A stretch of DNA of 64,000 bases from an uncultured Gemmatimonadales bacterium (lineage in GTDB: Bacteria; Gemmatimonadota; Gemmatimonadetes; Gemmatimonadales; Gemmatimonadaceae). The translations under genes were made by a program, and so were the position numbers. The DNA lies in the NCBI GenBank assembly GCA_963701965.1, contig OY969695.1, positions 2,944,001 to 3,008,000 of the forward strand, read 5' to 3'. Below, piece by piece: positions 35,057 through 45,747 of this stretch. Numbering within the stretch: position 1 is the first letter of the stretch; the number at the start of each line of letters is the position of its first letter. Under the pieces are notes generated by a model. The model did not search any database. It was given only the letters and a program-made list of their open reading frames with translations, and had not been told where the DNA came from.

Positions 35057-36583
35057 ATGGCCAAAGCCGGGCGCACCGTCGAGGCCGTGCTGTGGGTCGT
35101 GGCGCTGGGCATCGTGGCGTTTGGCATGGCCCTCGTCCGCCAACGGCTCAACGAAGCCCACGTCGCGCTGACCTTTCTGCTGGTGATTCTCGGCGGCAGC
35201 GCGCGCGGCGGCCGCACGCTGGGCCTGCTGTTGGCGGCCACCGCGTTCGTGCTGTTCGATTGGTTCTTCCTGCCGCCGTACGGCAACCTGATCGTCGCCA
35301 ATCCGATCGACTGGCTCGTGCTCGCGGTGTTCCTGGCCACGAGCGTGGTCGCCGCGCAGCTGCTCTATCGGGCGCAGGAGGAAGCGGCGCGGGCCGAGCG
35401 CCGCGCCGTCGAGATCGACCGCCTGGCCTCGCTGGGCGCCGAGACGTTGAACGCCGGTCAACCGGAAGACGCCCTCTTCGCTGTCGCCCAGGTCATCCGC
35501 ACGAGCTTGGGCGTCGACCAATGCATCATCTTCCCCCGCGAATCGCCGCCCGCCGTGACACAGTCCCCGGCGGGCGTGCCCCCCGATCCCGCGATCACGC
35601 CCGGGCTCGTGGCCTGGATCTTTGCCCATGGCACGGAAGCCGTCTTGTCCGCCGACGGCACGACGCGGCTGGCGTGGGACGGCCCGGCCCGCCTCGACAA
35701 CGCGCCCAATGCGCGGGCATTGCTGCGGGCGCTGCGCGTGCGGGACCGCACCGTCGGGGTGGTCGCGATCATCGTCGCCGAGGGTCTCCAGCTCGACGCC
35801 GAGCAACGGCGCGTGTTCGAGGTGCTCTCGTACTATGCGGCGCTTGGCGTGGAGCGGGTCCGGCTGGTGGCCGACGCCCAGCACACCGAGGCGCTCCGCC
35901 AAGCCGATCATCTCAAGGACGCCCTGGTCGCCTCGGTGTCGCACGATCTGCGCACGCCCTTGACCACGATCAAAGCGCTGGCCCACAATGTGGCCGCGGG
36001 CGGCGACGAGCGGGCCATGATCATCGAGCACGAGGCCGACCGGCTGAACCGGTTCGTCGGCGATCTCCTCGATCTGTCGCGCATTCAGGCCGGCGCGTTG
36101 ACGTCGAATCCGGAGCCCAACGAAGTCGAGGATCTCGTCGGAGCCGCCTTGCGGCGAGTCTCCGGAGTCGCCGGCCATCGCGAGATCGCCGTCTCGTTGG
36201 ACAGCCGGTTTCCCGTGCTCATCGGACGATTCGACTTCAGCGAGACGCTGCGCGCGCTGGTCAATCTGCTGGAGAACGCGCTCAAGTACGGGGCCGCGGA
36301 CGGCGGCGTCACGCTCACGGTGCGGCGCGACGGCGAGATGATCGCCTTCGAGGTCGCCGACCGCGGGCCCGGGATCCCCGAGTCGGAGCGCGAGCGCGTC
36401 TTCCAGGCTTTCTATCGCCCGCCCGGGACATCGCCGGACGTCGGCGGCGCCGGGCTCGGCCTGTCGATTGCGCGCAGTCTCATCGAGGCCCAGGGCGGCA
36501 CGGTGACATACGCGGAGCGCCCTGGCGGTGGCAGCGTCTTTACGCTGCGCGTTCCGTTGTTGGAGGCCGTCGGCGAAAGCTGA
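35057..36583 (+). CDS. kdpD: KdpD C-terminal moiety (4-TM DUF4118, GAF, histidine kinase)
   Basis: FDWFFLPPY TM motif, SVSHDLRTPLT, NLLENALKY, DRGPGI, GLGLSI; lacks N-terminal KdpD/USP domains. Confidence 0.9.
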   Translation: MAKAGRTVEAVLWVVALGIVAFGMALVRQRLNEAHVALTFLLVILGGSARGGRTLGLLLAATAFVLFDWFFLPPYGNLIVANPIDWLVLAVFLATSVVAAQLLYRAQEEAARAERRAVEIDRLASLGAETLNAGQPEDALFAVAQVIRTSLGVDQCIIFPRESPPAVTQSPAGVPPDPAITPGLVAWIFAHGTEAVLSADGTTRLAWDGPARLDNAPNARALLRALRVRDRTVGVVAIIVAEGLQLDAEQRRVFEVLSYYAALGVERVRLVADAQHTEALRQADHLKDALVASVSHDLRTPLTTIKALAHNVAAGGDERAMIIEHEADRLNRFVGDLLDLSRIQAGALTSNPEPNEVEDLVGAALRRVSGVAGHREIAVSLDSRFPVLIGRFDFSETLRALVNLLENALKYGAADGGVTLTVRRDGEMIAFEVADRGPGIPESERERVFQAFYRPPGTSPDVGGAGLGLSIARSLIEAQGGTVTYAERPGGGSVFTLRVPLLEAVGES

Positions 36584-36614
36584 TATGCAGGGGCGTCGGT
36601 GACGACGCCCGATA

Positions 36615-36663
36615 TTCACGAAACATTTATGACGCGGTAGCGCGCCCCTACGCGGTCTTCATG
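36615..36663 (+). promoter_or_regulatory. candidate KdpE binding direct repeats (YYYAYG-N5-YYYAYG, twice)
   Basis: TTCACG-N5-TTTATG (36615-36631) and CCTACG-N5-TTCATG (36647-36663) upstream of the kdpFABC operon. Confidence 0.4.
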
Positions 36664-36686
36664 GCGAGCGCGTTACGATTGCGACC

Positions 36687-36803
36687 ATGTACGATCTCCT
36701 GTACCTGGGCGTCACGCTCGTCTTCTTCGGCCTGATGCTCGCGTTTGTGCGCGGTCTCCAAGTCCTGGGCCGCGACGCCGCTATTGAGGAGCACGACTCG
36801 TGA
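36687..36803 (+). CDS. 38-aa single-TM peptide upstream of kdpF
   Basis: MYDLLYLGVTLVFFGLMLAFVRGLQVLGRDAAIEEHDS; stop overlaps kdpF start (GTGA); below ORF-track size cutoff. Confidence 0.7.
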   Translation: MYDLLYLGVTLVFFGLMLAFVRGLQVLGRDAAIEEHDS

Positions 36804-36889
36804 CCGCCAATGCTGTGATCGGCGCGCTCGTTTCCGTGGCGCTGCTCGTCTATCTCGTCTACACCCTGCTCCGGCCGGAGAAGTTCTGA
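36800..36889 (+). CDS. kdpF: K+-transporting ATPase subunit F
   Basis: MTANAVIGALVSVALLVYLVYTLLRPEKF (YL...L..PEKF signature), GAGGAG RBS. Confidence 0.93.
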   Translation: MTANAVIGALVSVALLVYLVYTLLRPEKF

Positions 36890-36890
36890 C

Positions 36891-38582
36891 ATGACCGCCA
36901 ACGGCTGGGCGCAGATCCTGTTCTTTTCCGTCGTCATCCTCGCCCTGACGAAACCCGTCGGCGTGTATCTCGTCGGCGTCTACGACGGCTCGCTGCGCTG
37001 GCTGCGCCCGATCGAGCGCTTGCTGTACCGGTTGTCCGGCGTCGACGAGACCGAAGAACAGCATTGGACGCAGTACACCGCGGCCATGCTGCTCTTCAGC
37101 GCCGCGACGATGCTCGTCACCTATTTGGAGCTGCGCCTGCAGCACGTCTTGCCGCTCAACCCGGAGCATCTGGCCGCGGTCACCGATCGGCAGGCGTTCG
37201 AGACGGCGGCCTCGTTCACGACGAACACGAACTGGCAGTCGTACGCCGGGGAGACGACGATGTCGTACTTCTCGCAGATGACCCAGCTCGCGTTCCACAA
37301 CTTCGCCTCGGCCGCCGTCGGCATGTCGGTAGCCGTCGCGCTGGTGCGGGGCATTGCCCGCCGCTCCGGCGGCCGGCTCGGCAACTTCTGGGTCGATCTC
37401 ACGCGCGGGACGCTGTACGTCCTGATCCCGTTCTCGATCGTGCTCGCGCTCCTGTTCGTCCAGCAGGGCGTGATCCAGAACTTCCACGCCTACGTGCACG
37501 CCGCCACGCTCGACGGCGGCGCGCAGACGCTGCCGATGGGACCGGTGGCCAGCCAAGAAGCGATCAAGCAGTTGGGCACGAACGGCGGCGGATTCTTCAA
37601 CGTCAATGCCGCGCATCCGTTCGAGAACCCGACGCCCTGGAGCAACTTCCTGCAGATGGTGGCGATCTTCGTGATCCCCGCCGGGCTCGTGTACATGTTC
37701 GGCCGGATGGTGAAGAGTCCCAAGCACGGTTGGGCGGTGTGGACGGCGATGTTCGTCCTCTTCTTCGCCGGCACGACGACGGCCTACTGGGCCGAGGCGC
37801 GGGGGAATCCCATTCACCAGCAGCTCGGGGTGATGGGCGGCAACATGGAGGGCAAGGAGGTGCGGTTCGGCATCGCCAACTCCGCCCTCTACGCCACGGT
37901 CACCACCGACGCCTCCTGCGGCGCCGTGAACGCGATGCACGACTCGTTCACGCCCATCGGCGGGCTGGTGCCGATGGTCAACATCCAGTTGGGCGAGTTG
38001 GTGTTCGGCGGCGTGGGCGCCGGCCTCTACGCGATGATCATCGAGATCGTCCTCGCGGTGTTCATCGCCGGGCTCATGGTCGGGCGAACGCCCGAGTACC
38101 TCGGCAAGAAGATCGAGAGCCGGGAGATCCGCATGGTCATGCTGTACATCCTCGTCTATGCGACCATTGTGCTGGTCTTCACCGCGGTGTCCGTCGTCGT
38201 GAAACCGGGACTGGCGGGTCTCAACAACGCGGGACCGCACGGCTTCTCCGAGATCTTGTACGCGTTCAGCTCGACCGTCGCCAACAACGGCAGCGCGTTC
38301 GGCGGCCTCACCGGGACGACGTACTACTACAACACGATGTTCGGACTGGCCACGATGTTCGGCCGGTTCGCGATGATGGTGCCCGCGCTGGCGCTGGCCG
38401 GGTTTCTGGCCGAGCGGCGGGCGGCGCCGGCGACCGCGGGGACATTCCCCGTGACGACGCCGTTGTTCGTGGTGTTGCTCCTCGGCGTGATCGTGATCGT
38501 GACGGCGCTGACGTTCTTCCCCGCGCTGTCGCTCGGTCCGATCGTCGAACACTTCCTCATGCAAGCCAGGACGCTTTTCTAG
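36891..38582 (+). CDS. kdpA: K+-transporting ATPase subunit A
   Basis: [41 protein letters not shown]. Confidence 0.98.
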   Translation: MTANGWAQILFFSVVILALTKPVGVYLVGVYDGSLRWLRPIERLLYRLSGVDETEEQHWTQYTAAMLLFSAATMLVTYLELRLQHVLPLNPEHLAAVTDRQAFETAASFTTNTNWQSYAGETTMSYFSQMTQLAFHNFASAAVGMSVAVALVRGIARRSGGRLGNFWVDLTRGTLYVLIPFSIVLALLFVQQGVIQNFHAYVHAATLDGGAQTLPMGPVASQEAIKQLGTNGGGFFNVNAAHPFENPTPWSNFLQMVAIFVIPAGLVYMFGRMVKSPKHGWAVWTAMFVLFFAGTTTAYWAEARGNPIHQQLGVMGGNMEGKEVRFGIANSALYATVTTDASCGAVNAMHDSFTPIGGLVPMVNIQLGELVFGGVGAGLYAMIIEIVLAVFIAGLMVGRTPEYLGKKIESREIRMVMLYILVYATIVLVFTAVSVVVKPGLAGLNNAGPHGFSEILYAFSSTVANNGSAFGGLTGTTYYYNTMFGLATMFGRFAMMVPALALAGFLAERRAAPATAGTFPVTTPLFVVLLLGVIVIVTALTFFPALSLGPIVEHFLMQARTLF

Positions 38583-38583
38583 T

Positions 38584-40698
38584 ATGGCCGCCACTGCCCG
38601 TCCGCTCTTCGACCCGCCGATCGTCCAGCGGGCCATCCGCGATGCGTTCGTGAAGCTCGACCCGCGTCACATCGTGCGGAACCCCGTCATGTTCGTGGTC
38701 ATGGTCGGGAGCGTGCTCACGACCCTGGTCGTGATCCGCGACGCCGTGACCGGAGTCGGCGATCTCAAGTTCTCGGTCCAGCTCACGCTATGGCTATGGT
38801 TCACCGTCCTGTTCGCGAACTTCGCCGAAGCGATGGCCGAGGGGCGCGGCAAGGCGCAGGCCAATGCGTTGCGGAAGTCGCGCACCCAGACGGTGGCCCG
38901 GCGGCTCGAGGCGCGCGACGACCGCACGGCCTATGACATGGTCCCGTCGCCGTCGCTCGTCAAAGGCGACCTGGTGCTGGCTTTGCCGGGCGACGTGATC
39001 CCGGGCGATGGCGACGTCGTCGAAGGCGTGGCCTCGGTCGACGAGTCGGCCATCACGGGCGAGTCGGCGCCGGTCATCCGCGAGTCGGGCGGCGACCGCT
39101 CGGCCGTCACCGGCGGGACCAAAGTGTTGTCGGACTATCTCGTGGTGCGCATCACGGCCAACGCCGGCGAGACGTTTCTCGACCGGATGATCGCGCTCGT
39201 CGAGGGCGCCTCGCGGCAGAAGACGCCCAACGAGATCGCGCTCACCATCCTGCTGTCCGGGCTCACCATCGTGTTTCTGCTCGCGGTGGTCACGCTGCAG
39301 CCCTTCGCCATCTATAGCGGCACCGCGATCAGCATTCCGGTCCTCGTGGCCCTGCTGGTGTGTCTCATCCCGACGACGATCGGCGGACTCTTGTCGGCCA
39401 TCGGCATCGCGGGGATGGATCGCGTCATCCAACAGAACGTGATCGCCATGAGCGGGCGGTCGGTCGAAGCCGCCGGCGACGTCAACACCCTGTTGCTCGA
39501 CAAGACGGGAACCATCACCCTGGGCAACCGCCAAGCGGTGGAATTCGTGCCCATGCCCGGCGTCACCATCGAGCAGCTGGCCGACCGGGCCCAGCTCGCT
39601 TCACTGGCCGACGAGACGCCCGAGGGGCGCAGCATCGTGGTGCTGGCCAAAGAGAAGTTCGGGCTGCGGGGCCGCCAACTGGGCGACGCGGAGAGCGGAG
39701 CGCTGGTGCCGGCGCTGGTCGGCGCGGGCGAGGCCCAGGCGCGCGACGTCGAGTTCGTGCCGTTCCAGGCGGCCACGCGCATGAGCGGCGTGAATCTCCG
39801 CGGCGGCGCGGCGCTCCGGAAAGGCGCCAGCGATACGATCGACGCCTGGGTGCGCGAGAACCACGGGGTGATCCCGTCCGAGCTGGCAACCGCCGTCGGG
39901 CGCATCGCCCGCGAGGGCGGCACCCCGTTGGTCGTCGCCGAAAAGGCCGACGACCAGACCCGGGTGCTGGGCGTGATCTATCTCAAGGACATCGTGAAAG
40001 GCGGAATGCGCGAGCGCTTCGACCGCCTACGCGCGATGGGCATTCGCACGGTGATGATCACGGGCGACAATCCGCTGACCGCGGCCGCGATCGCCCAGGA
40101 AGCCGGCGTCGACGACTTCCTCGCCGAGGCGAAACCCGAGGACAAGATGGCGCTCATCCGGCGCGAACAGGCCGGAGGCCGCCTCGTGGCCATGACGGGC
40201 GACGGCACGAACGACGCGCCGGCCTTGGCCCAGGCCGACGTGGGCGTCGCCATGAATACCGGCACGCAGGCCGCCAAAGAGGCGGGGAACATGATCGACC
40301 TCGACTCCAATCCGACGAAGCTGATCGAGATCGTGGAGATCGGGAAGCAGCTGCTCATGACCCGGGGCTCGTTGACGACGTTCTCCATCGCCAACGACGT
40401 GGCCAAGTACTTCGCGATCATCCCGGCGATGTTCGTCGTCACGTTCCCGGTCCTCCAGGCGCTCAACGTGATGCGTCTCCACTCGCCGAACTCGGCGATC
40501 CTGGCCAGCGTGATCTTCAACGCGCTGATCATCGTCGCGTTGATCCCGTTGGCCCTGCGCGGGGTGCGCTACCGGCCCATGGGCGCGGGCGCGATCCTGC
40601 GCCGCAATCTCCTCGTGTATGGCGTCGGCGGCATCATCGTGCCGTTCATCTTCATCAAGCTGATCGACATGCTCCTCGTCGCAGCGCATTTGGTCTGA
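38584..40698 (+). CDS. kdpB: K+-transporting ATPase subunit B
   Basis: [29 protein letters not shown]. Confidence 0.98.
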   Translation: MAATARPLFDPPIVQRAIRDAFVKLDPRHIVRNPVMFVVMVGSVLTTLVVIRDAVTGVGDLKFSVQLTLWLWFTVLFANFAEAMAEGRGKAQANALRKSRTQTVARRLEARDDRTAYDMVPSPSLVKGDLVLALPGDVIPGDGDVVEGVASVDESAITGESAPVIRESGGDRSAVTGGTKVLSDYLVVRITANAGETFLDRMIALVEGASRQKTPNEIALTILLSGLTIVFLLAVVTLQPFAIYSGTAISIPVLVALLVCLIPTTIGGLLSAIGIAGMDRVIQQNVIAMSGRSVEAAGDVNTLLLDKTGTITLGNRQAVEFVPMPGVTIEQLADRAQLASLADETPEGRSIVVLAKEKFGLRGRQLGDAESGALVPALVGAGEAQARDVEFVPFQAATRMSGVNLRGGAALRKGASDTIDAWVRENHGVIPSELATAVGRIAREGGTPLVVAEKADDQTRVLGVIYLKDIVKGGMRERFDRLRAMGIRTVMITGDNPLTAAAIAQEAGVDDFLAEAKPEDKMALIRREQAGGRLVAMTGDGTNDAPALAQADVGVAMNTGTQAAKEAGNMIDLDSNPTKLIEIVEIGKQLLMTRGSLTTFSIANDVAKYFAIIPAMFVVTFPVLQALNVMRLHSPNSAILASVIFNALIIVALIPLALRGVRYRPMGAGAILRRNLLVYGVGGIIVPFIFIKLIDMLLVAAHLV

Positions 40699-40700
40699 CC

Positions 40701-41297
40701 ATGATCCGCAAGCATATCCGTCCCGCGATCATGATGACGCTCCTGCTCATCGTGATCACCGGCTTCGTGTACCCTGGCATCGTCACAGGTCTGGCGCAGG
40801 TGTTGTTTCCCCGGCAGGCCAACGGCTCGCTGCTGGAGTCGGCGGCGGCGCCGGGCAAGATCATCGGCAGCGCGTTGATCGGGCAGCAGTTCACGTCGGC
40901 GGCCTATTTCCACCCGCGGCCGTCGGCGGCCGGGTCGGGCTACGTCGGCGACTCGTCGTCGGGGACGAACAAGGGACCGACCGACCGCAAGCTGACCGAC
41001 ACGTTGATCGCCCAGGCGATCGACAGCGCGGTGGCCCATGACGGCGCGGTCAAAGGGCAAATCCCGGCCGACATGGTCACGTCATCGGCGTCGGGTTTGG
41101 ATCCGGATATCTCGCCGGCCAATGCCCAGCTCCAAATTCCGCGCGTCGCCAAGACGCGCGGGGTCAGCGACGACCGCGTCCGCGCGCTCGTCGCCCAGCG
41201 CACGCAGGACCGCCAGTTCGGCTTCTTCGGCGAACCCCGCGTCAACGTGCTGCTGCTCAACCTGGCGCTCGATTCCATCGCGCCCATGCCCCACTGA
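40701..41297 (+). CDS. kdpC: K+-transporting ATPase subunit C
   Basis: YPGIVTGLAQVLFPRQANGSL, YFHPRPSA, SASGLDPDIS, GEPRVNVLLLNLALD. Confidence 0.96.
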   Translation: MIRKHIRPAIMMTLLLIVITGFVYPGIVTGLAQVLFPRQANGSLLESAAAPGKIIGSALIGQQFTSAAYFHPRPSAAGSGYVGDSSSGTNKGPTDRKLTDTLIAQAIDSAVAHDGAVKGQIPADMVTSSASGLDPDISPANAQLQIPRVAKTRGVSDDRVRALVAQRTQDRQFGFFGEPRVNVLLLNLALDSIAPMPH

Positions 41298-41318
41298 CCT
41301 GAAACCAAAACAATCCCC

Positions 41319-42678
41319 ATGAATCGTTCCTGGTGTGCGGGCGCCCTGCTGTTGACGCTGGGCGCCCACCGGGCGCTTGCCCAGGCCTCGGACAGTACCA
41401 AGACGGACAGCACCAAGCACAAGCCCGAGCCATTCGCGTTCGCCGATTTTAGTTGGCTCAATGGCAACAGCCGGGAAAACCCGGTCATCGACACCAAGTA
41501 TTTCACGGGCGAGATCCGTGTGGATGCCAGTTACATCTGACGACTGGGCGCGCCCCAAAGATCACACGCTCGACGGTGCCGCGGAGAGCGGCCGAACGAG
41601 CGAGTTTCAGGTACAACAATTCGGGATCGGCGGGGATTTCCACTGGAATAATGTCCGCGCGCGTCTCATGACGCAGTTCGGCGCCTACTCCGAGGACACG
41701 CCACGCAACGATGCGAGCCCGGCGCGCGGGCAGTTCCAGCTGGATAACGCCTATCGGTATCTGTCCGAAGCCTATGGCGGCTATCACTGGGACGTGTGGA
41801 ACGGCATCAACCTCGACGCCGGCATCTTCATGTCCTACGTCGGGCTGTTCAGTTACTACAACTTCGACAACTGGGCCTATCAACCGTCGTACGTGTCGGC
41901 GAACACGCCGTGGTTCTTCAACGGCCTCAGAATCCAGACCTTTCCGAGCCAGAAGCTCAAGATCGAGTATTGGATCGTGAACGGTTGGCAGTCCTACGGC
42001 ATGTTCAACGAGACGCCGGGCTTCGGTACGCAGATTCTGTGGCGGCCGACAGGACGGCTCGAGTTCCTGACCAACGACTACTGGGGCTACGACACGCCAG
42101 GGAACCCGCACCGAGCGCGCATTCACAGTGACAACAGCTTTCTCTACAAGTACTACGACAACCCGAACCACTTCTTCAATCGGGCCGCGTTCTCGGTCAC
42201 CGGCGACATTGGGTGCGAGAGCGGCGGCGGCGTGAACTGCACGAGCACGAGCGACGGCCATCCGGCCCAGAACTTCTTGGGCTTCATGCTCTATCACCGC
42301 GCCTGGTTCGCCGAGAACCACCTCGGGCTCACCGTGGGCGGCGGCGAGATCACGAACCCCGGACGGTATCTCGTGCTGCTGCCGCCGATCAACGGCGCCA
42401 CCGCGGCATCGGGTACGCCGTACTTCACCGCCAACCCGGGTGACAAGTTCCAAGCCTGGGACTCGTCGGTCACGTTCGACTACATGCCGCAGGATCAGAT
42501 CACGTTCCGCGCCGAGGTGATCCACCGGGCGGCGAACGTGCCGTACTTCGTCGGTTCGGGCGGCATCACACCGACCGGCGGCAACGTAGGGGCCCCCGGC
42601 TCCATCGTGCCCGGCTTTACCCCGGACCTTCGCAAGACTGAAACGCGTATCAATCTGGCCCTGCTGGTCAAAATCTGA
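41319..42678 (+). CDS. outer-membrane beta-barrel porin (BBP2/OmpL-like); frameshift at about 41538
   Basis: Signal peptide and PFAFADFSWLNGN in one frame, continuing as an aromatic-rich barrel (EAYGGYH, DAGIFMSYVGL, NTPWFFNG) in the next. Confidence 0.8.
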
Positions 42679-42699
42679 CGCTCGCGGCAATATGCGCTG

Positions 42700-43851
42700 A
42701 TGCAAGAAGAACCGGCCGACTTCCTGACGCTCGTTCGCCAACGCGAACGCGGGAAACTCAAGCTGTACATCGGCTCGGCGGCCGGCGTGGGGAAGACGTA
42801 CCGGATGCTCAACGAAGCGCGCGAGCTCCGGAGTCGCGGGGTCGACGTGGTCGTGGGATTCGTGGAAACCCATGGCCGCGCCGATACCGCGGCGCAGGTC
42901 GCCGATCTGGAAGTCGTGCCCCGCAAGTCCATCACGTATCGCGGCGTGACGCTGGAGGACATGGACGTCGATGCCATCCTCCGGCGCCACCCGGAGGTCG
43001 CGGTCGTCGATGAGCTGGCCCACACGAACGTGCCGGGCGCCAAGCACGCCAAACGCTGGGAAGACGTGATCGAGCTACTGGACGAAGGGATCAACGTCAT
43101 CTCGGCGGTCAACATCCAACATCTCGAGTCGCTGAACGACGTCGTGGCCGAGACGTTGGGCGTCACGGTGCGCGAAACCGTCCCCGACTGGCTGCTGGCC
43201 ACCGCCGACCAGGTCGTGAATCTCGACATCGCGGTGCCCGACCTCCGGCAACGGCTCGCCGAGGGCAAGATCTACCCCAAGGAAAAGATCCAGTCCGCCC
43301 TCTCCAACTTCTTCACCGAAGAGAACCTGACCACGCTTCGCGAGCTCGCGCTCCGCGAGGTGGCCAGCACCGTGGACCGCTCCCGGGAGCAGATCGTCCG
43401 GCGCGAGGCCGGCGAACCGGTGGCCCGGAAAACCGTGGACCGCCTCCTGGTGGCGCTGTCCAGCGATCCACCGCACACGGCGGTACTGTTGAGAAAGGCC
43501 AGCCGGATCGCCGGCCGGCTGAACACGGACTGGTACTGCGTGTACGTTCAGACACCGGACGAAGCGGCGGATCGGATCGACTCGACCGTACAGCGGCGCC
43601 TGGTGGCCAATATCCAGCGCGCCCAGGCGATGGGCGCGGAGGTCGTGAAGCTCATTGGGACCGATGTGTCCGCGACCCTCCTCGCGTTCGCGCGCGAGAA
43701 GGGCGTCACCGTGATCATCGCCGGGCAGAGCCGGCGGCCCCTGTGGCATAGGCTGCTGCACCAGTCGGTCGTGCACCGGCTGATCAACAATGAGCAGGGA
43801 GTGGATGTCATGGTCGCGTCGGCCGAAGGCACCGAGAGGGACGACGGGTGA
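42700..43851 (+). CDS. kdpD: KdpD N-terminal moiety (KdpD domain plus USP), stand-alone
   Basis: RGKLKLYIGSAAGVGKTYRML, VDELAHTN, NIQHLESLND, LRELALR; USP domain; no TM or kinase. Confidence 0.92.
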   Translation: MQEEPADFLTLVRQRERGKLKLYIGSAAGVGKTYRMLNEARELRSRGVDVVVGFVETHGRADTAAQVADLEVVPRKSITYRGVTLEDMDVDAILRRHPEVAVVDELAHTNVPGAKHAKRWEDVIELLDEGINVISAVNIQHLESLNDVVAETLGVTVRETVPDWLLATADQVVNLDIAVPDLRQRLAEGKIYPKEKIQSALSNFFTEENLTTLRELALREVASTVDRSREQIVRREAGEPVARKTVDRLLVALSSDPPHTAVLLRKASRIAGRLNTDWYCVYVQTPDEAADRIDSTVQRRLVANIQRAQAMGAEVVKLIGTDVSATLLAFAREKGVTVIIAGQSRRPLWHRLLHQSVVHRLINNEQGVDVMVASAEGTERDDG

Positions 43852-44777
43852 GCGTCGCTACGCGGCTCTTTTTGTCGACCGTGCCGGCCATCCTCGGGGT
43901 ATTCACCGTCGCGGGGCTGGCCTATTGGGGCCGGTACGATCGACAGGCGCCGCACGTCCTGGTGATCACCGCCGTCATCGCGTCGGTCGGCTCGCTGATC
44001 ATGGCGTGGATGAACACGCGCTACGTGGCGCGGCGCGTCGAGCGACTGGCGGCCGCGTCCAGCGGCACCGGCGACGAGCTCGATCGCATCGAGCAGTCGG
44101 TCGAGCGGCTCACCGCGGAGCTCGACCACATCAAGTCCGAAACCGAGGCCCACGAGGCCCAGGCCGGGCAGAAGTTGCGCGAATACGCCGCGCTCCTGGC
44201 CGATGCGACATCCGACGCCATGAAGCAGCTCGACGAGGCCCGGCTGCCGCTGCACATCCTGCTCGATAACAAGTTCGGCGATCTCAACGAAAACCAGGAA
44301 GAGATGCTGGCGGCCGCGCGGGCCGCCGTCGAACACGCCGATGGCCGCATGCGCCGGCTGCGCGAGATCGTCGACATCGATCGCGGGCAGTTGACGTTGC
44401 GTCGCGACCCGGTGCGCACCGGGGATCTCATTGCGTCGCTGCTCCCCGGGTTGAACGCCCAGGGCCAAGAGGCCGGCGTGGAGATCACCACTGACGTGGC
44501 ACCCGCGTTGCCGCGCGTCACCGGCGATCGCGCCAAACTCCAGGAGGCGTGCAACCTGCTGCTCAGCGAGCGGGTGCGCGCGCTGCCGCCGGGCAGCCGG
44601 GTGGAGATTTCTGCGGAACCGTCCGGTGACGTCGTGCAGATCGACGTCAAGCACGCGGGCAAGCTGGCCGGCGACGGCGCGGACGCCGCGCTGGCGCGGC
44701 GGTTGATCGCCGCCAACGGCGGCGCGGTCGAGGACAAGGACGGCGTCACGAGGATCACCCTGCCATGCGCCCGATAG
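43848..44777 (+). CDS. membrane-anchored degenerate histidine-kinase-like protein
   Basis: 2 TM, coiled coil, LHILL..KFGDLNENQEEML HisKA-like block and LPRVTGDRAKL HATPase-like block, but H, N and G boxes are degenerate. Confidence 0.75.
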   Translation: MSVATRLFLSTVPAILGVFTVAGLAYWGRYDRQAPHVLVITAVIASVGSLIMAWMNTRYVARRVERLAAASSGTGDELDRIEQSVERLTAELDHIKSETEAHEAQAGQKLREYAALLADATSDAMKQLDEARLPLHILLDNKFGDLNENQEEMLAAARAAVEHADGRMRRLREIVDIDRGQLTLRRDPVRTGDLIASLLPGLNAQGQEAGVEITTDVAPALPRVTGDRAKLQEACNLLLSERVRALPPGSRVEISAEPSGDVVQIDVKHAGKLAGDGADAALARRLIAANGGAVEDKDGVTRITLPCAR

Positions 44778-45715
44778 GACTGGTCGTCATTGCCGCGGCA
44801 TTCGCCGCACCGACGATCGTCGAATATCCGATTCCGCGCGCCGGTGCGTTCCCGCACGATCCCGCGGTCGGCAAAGACGGGATCGTGTGGTACACGGACC
44901 AGGCCAACAGCTACATCGGCCGCCTCGATCCGGCAACGGGCCGGATCACGGACTACGCGACGCCGACCCCGCAGTCCGGTCCCCATGGGATCACCGTCGC
45001 GCCGGACGGCGGCGTATGGTATACCGCGAACCGCGTGGGCAAGATCGGCCGGCTGGATCCCGCGACCGGGCGGATTCGCGAGTTCTCTCTGCCAAGAGAA
45101 GCGGAAGACCCCCACACGCTGATTTTTTTCGGCGATCACATCTGGTTCACGGTGCAGCAGTCGGATCTCTACGGCTCGCTCGATCCGGCCACCGGACAGG
45201 CCCGCGTCTGGCCCGTGCCGGTGAAAGGCGCGCTACCGTATGGTATCGCGCCAGCGCCGGACGGATCGCTGTGGGTCGCGCTCTTCGGCACGAATCAACT
45301 CGGGCGTATCACCACGGCCGACGGCCGCATGACGCTCCATCCGTTGGCCGACCCGCTCACGCGGCCGCGGCGCATCGTGGTCGACGGCGGTGGCCACGTC
45401 TGGTACACCGACTACGCCCGCGGGCGCCTCGGGATGTACGACCCGGCGACGGCGCTGGAGAAGCAATGGCCGGCGCCGGACGGGAAGGGCTCGGGGCCCT
45501 ACGGCATCGCGATCGCCCCGGACGGAACGATCTGGTACTGCGAGTCGGGGAACAGCCGCCTGGTCGCGTTCGACCCCAAGACGGGCCAGTCGAAAACGGT
45601 CGACATCCCGACCAAAGGCGCGATCGTGCGCAATATGGAGACTGACTCGACGCGCGGCCGGCTCTGGCTGGCGCTGAGTGGCACGGGGCGCATTGGCCAG
45701 GTCCGTCTACGATAG
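44765..45715 (+). CDS. Vgb-family beta-propeller lyase-like secreted protein
   Basis: Repeats GPHGITVAPDGGVWYT / PYGIA.APDG.(L/I)W, IGRLDPATG. Confidence 0.85.
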   Translation: MRPIGLVVIAAAFAAPTIVEYPIPRAGAFPHDPAVGKDGIVWYTDQANSYIGRLDPATGRITDYATPTPQSGPHGITVAPDGGVWYTANRVGKIGRLDPATGRIREFSLPREAEDPHTLIFFGDHIWFTVQQSDLYGSLDPATGQARVWPVPVKGALPYGIAPAPDGSLWVALFGTNQLGRITTADGRMTLHPLADPLTRPRRIVVDGGGHVWYTDYARGRLGMYDPATALEKQWPAPDGKGSGPYGIAIAPDGTIWYCESGNSRLVAFDPKTGQSKTVDIPTKGAIVRNMETDSTRGRLWLALSGTGRIGQVRLR

Positions 45716-45747
45716 CGTCCCGTTGTACCCGCAGCCACATTTCCGCC

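Noticed and set aside
34193..38636. Very long minus-strand ORFs (808 aa, 662 aa) and similar ones such as 20358..22151, 41503..43047 and 56679..58211
   Set aside because: Antisense shadows of well-supported genes, expected in high-GC DNA; no recognisable motifs
44765..45715. Streptogramin B resistance gene vgb
   Set aside because: Only fold-level similarity; such secreted propellers are widespread and the context is not resistance-related
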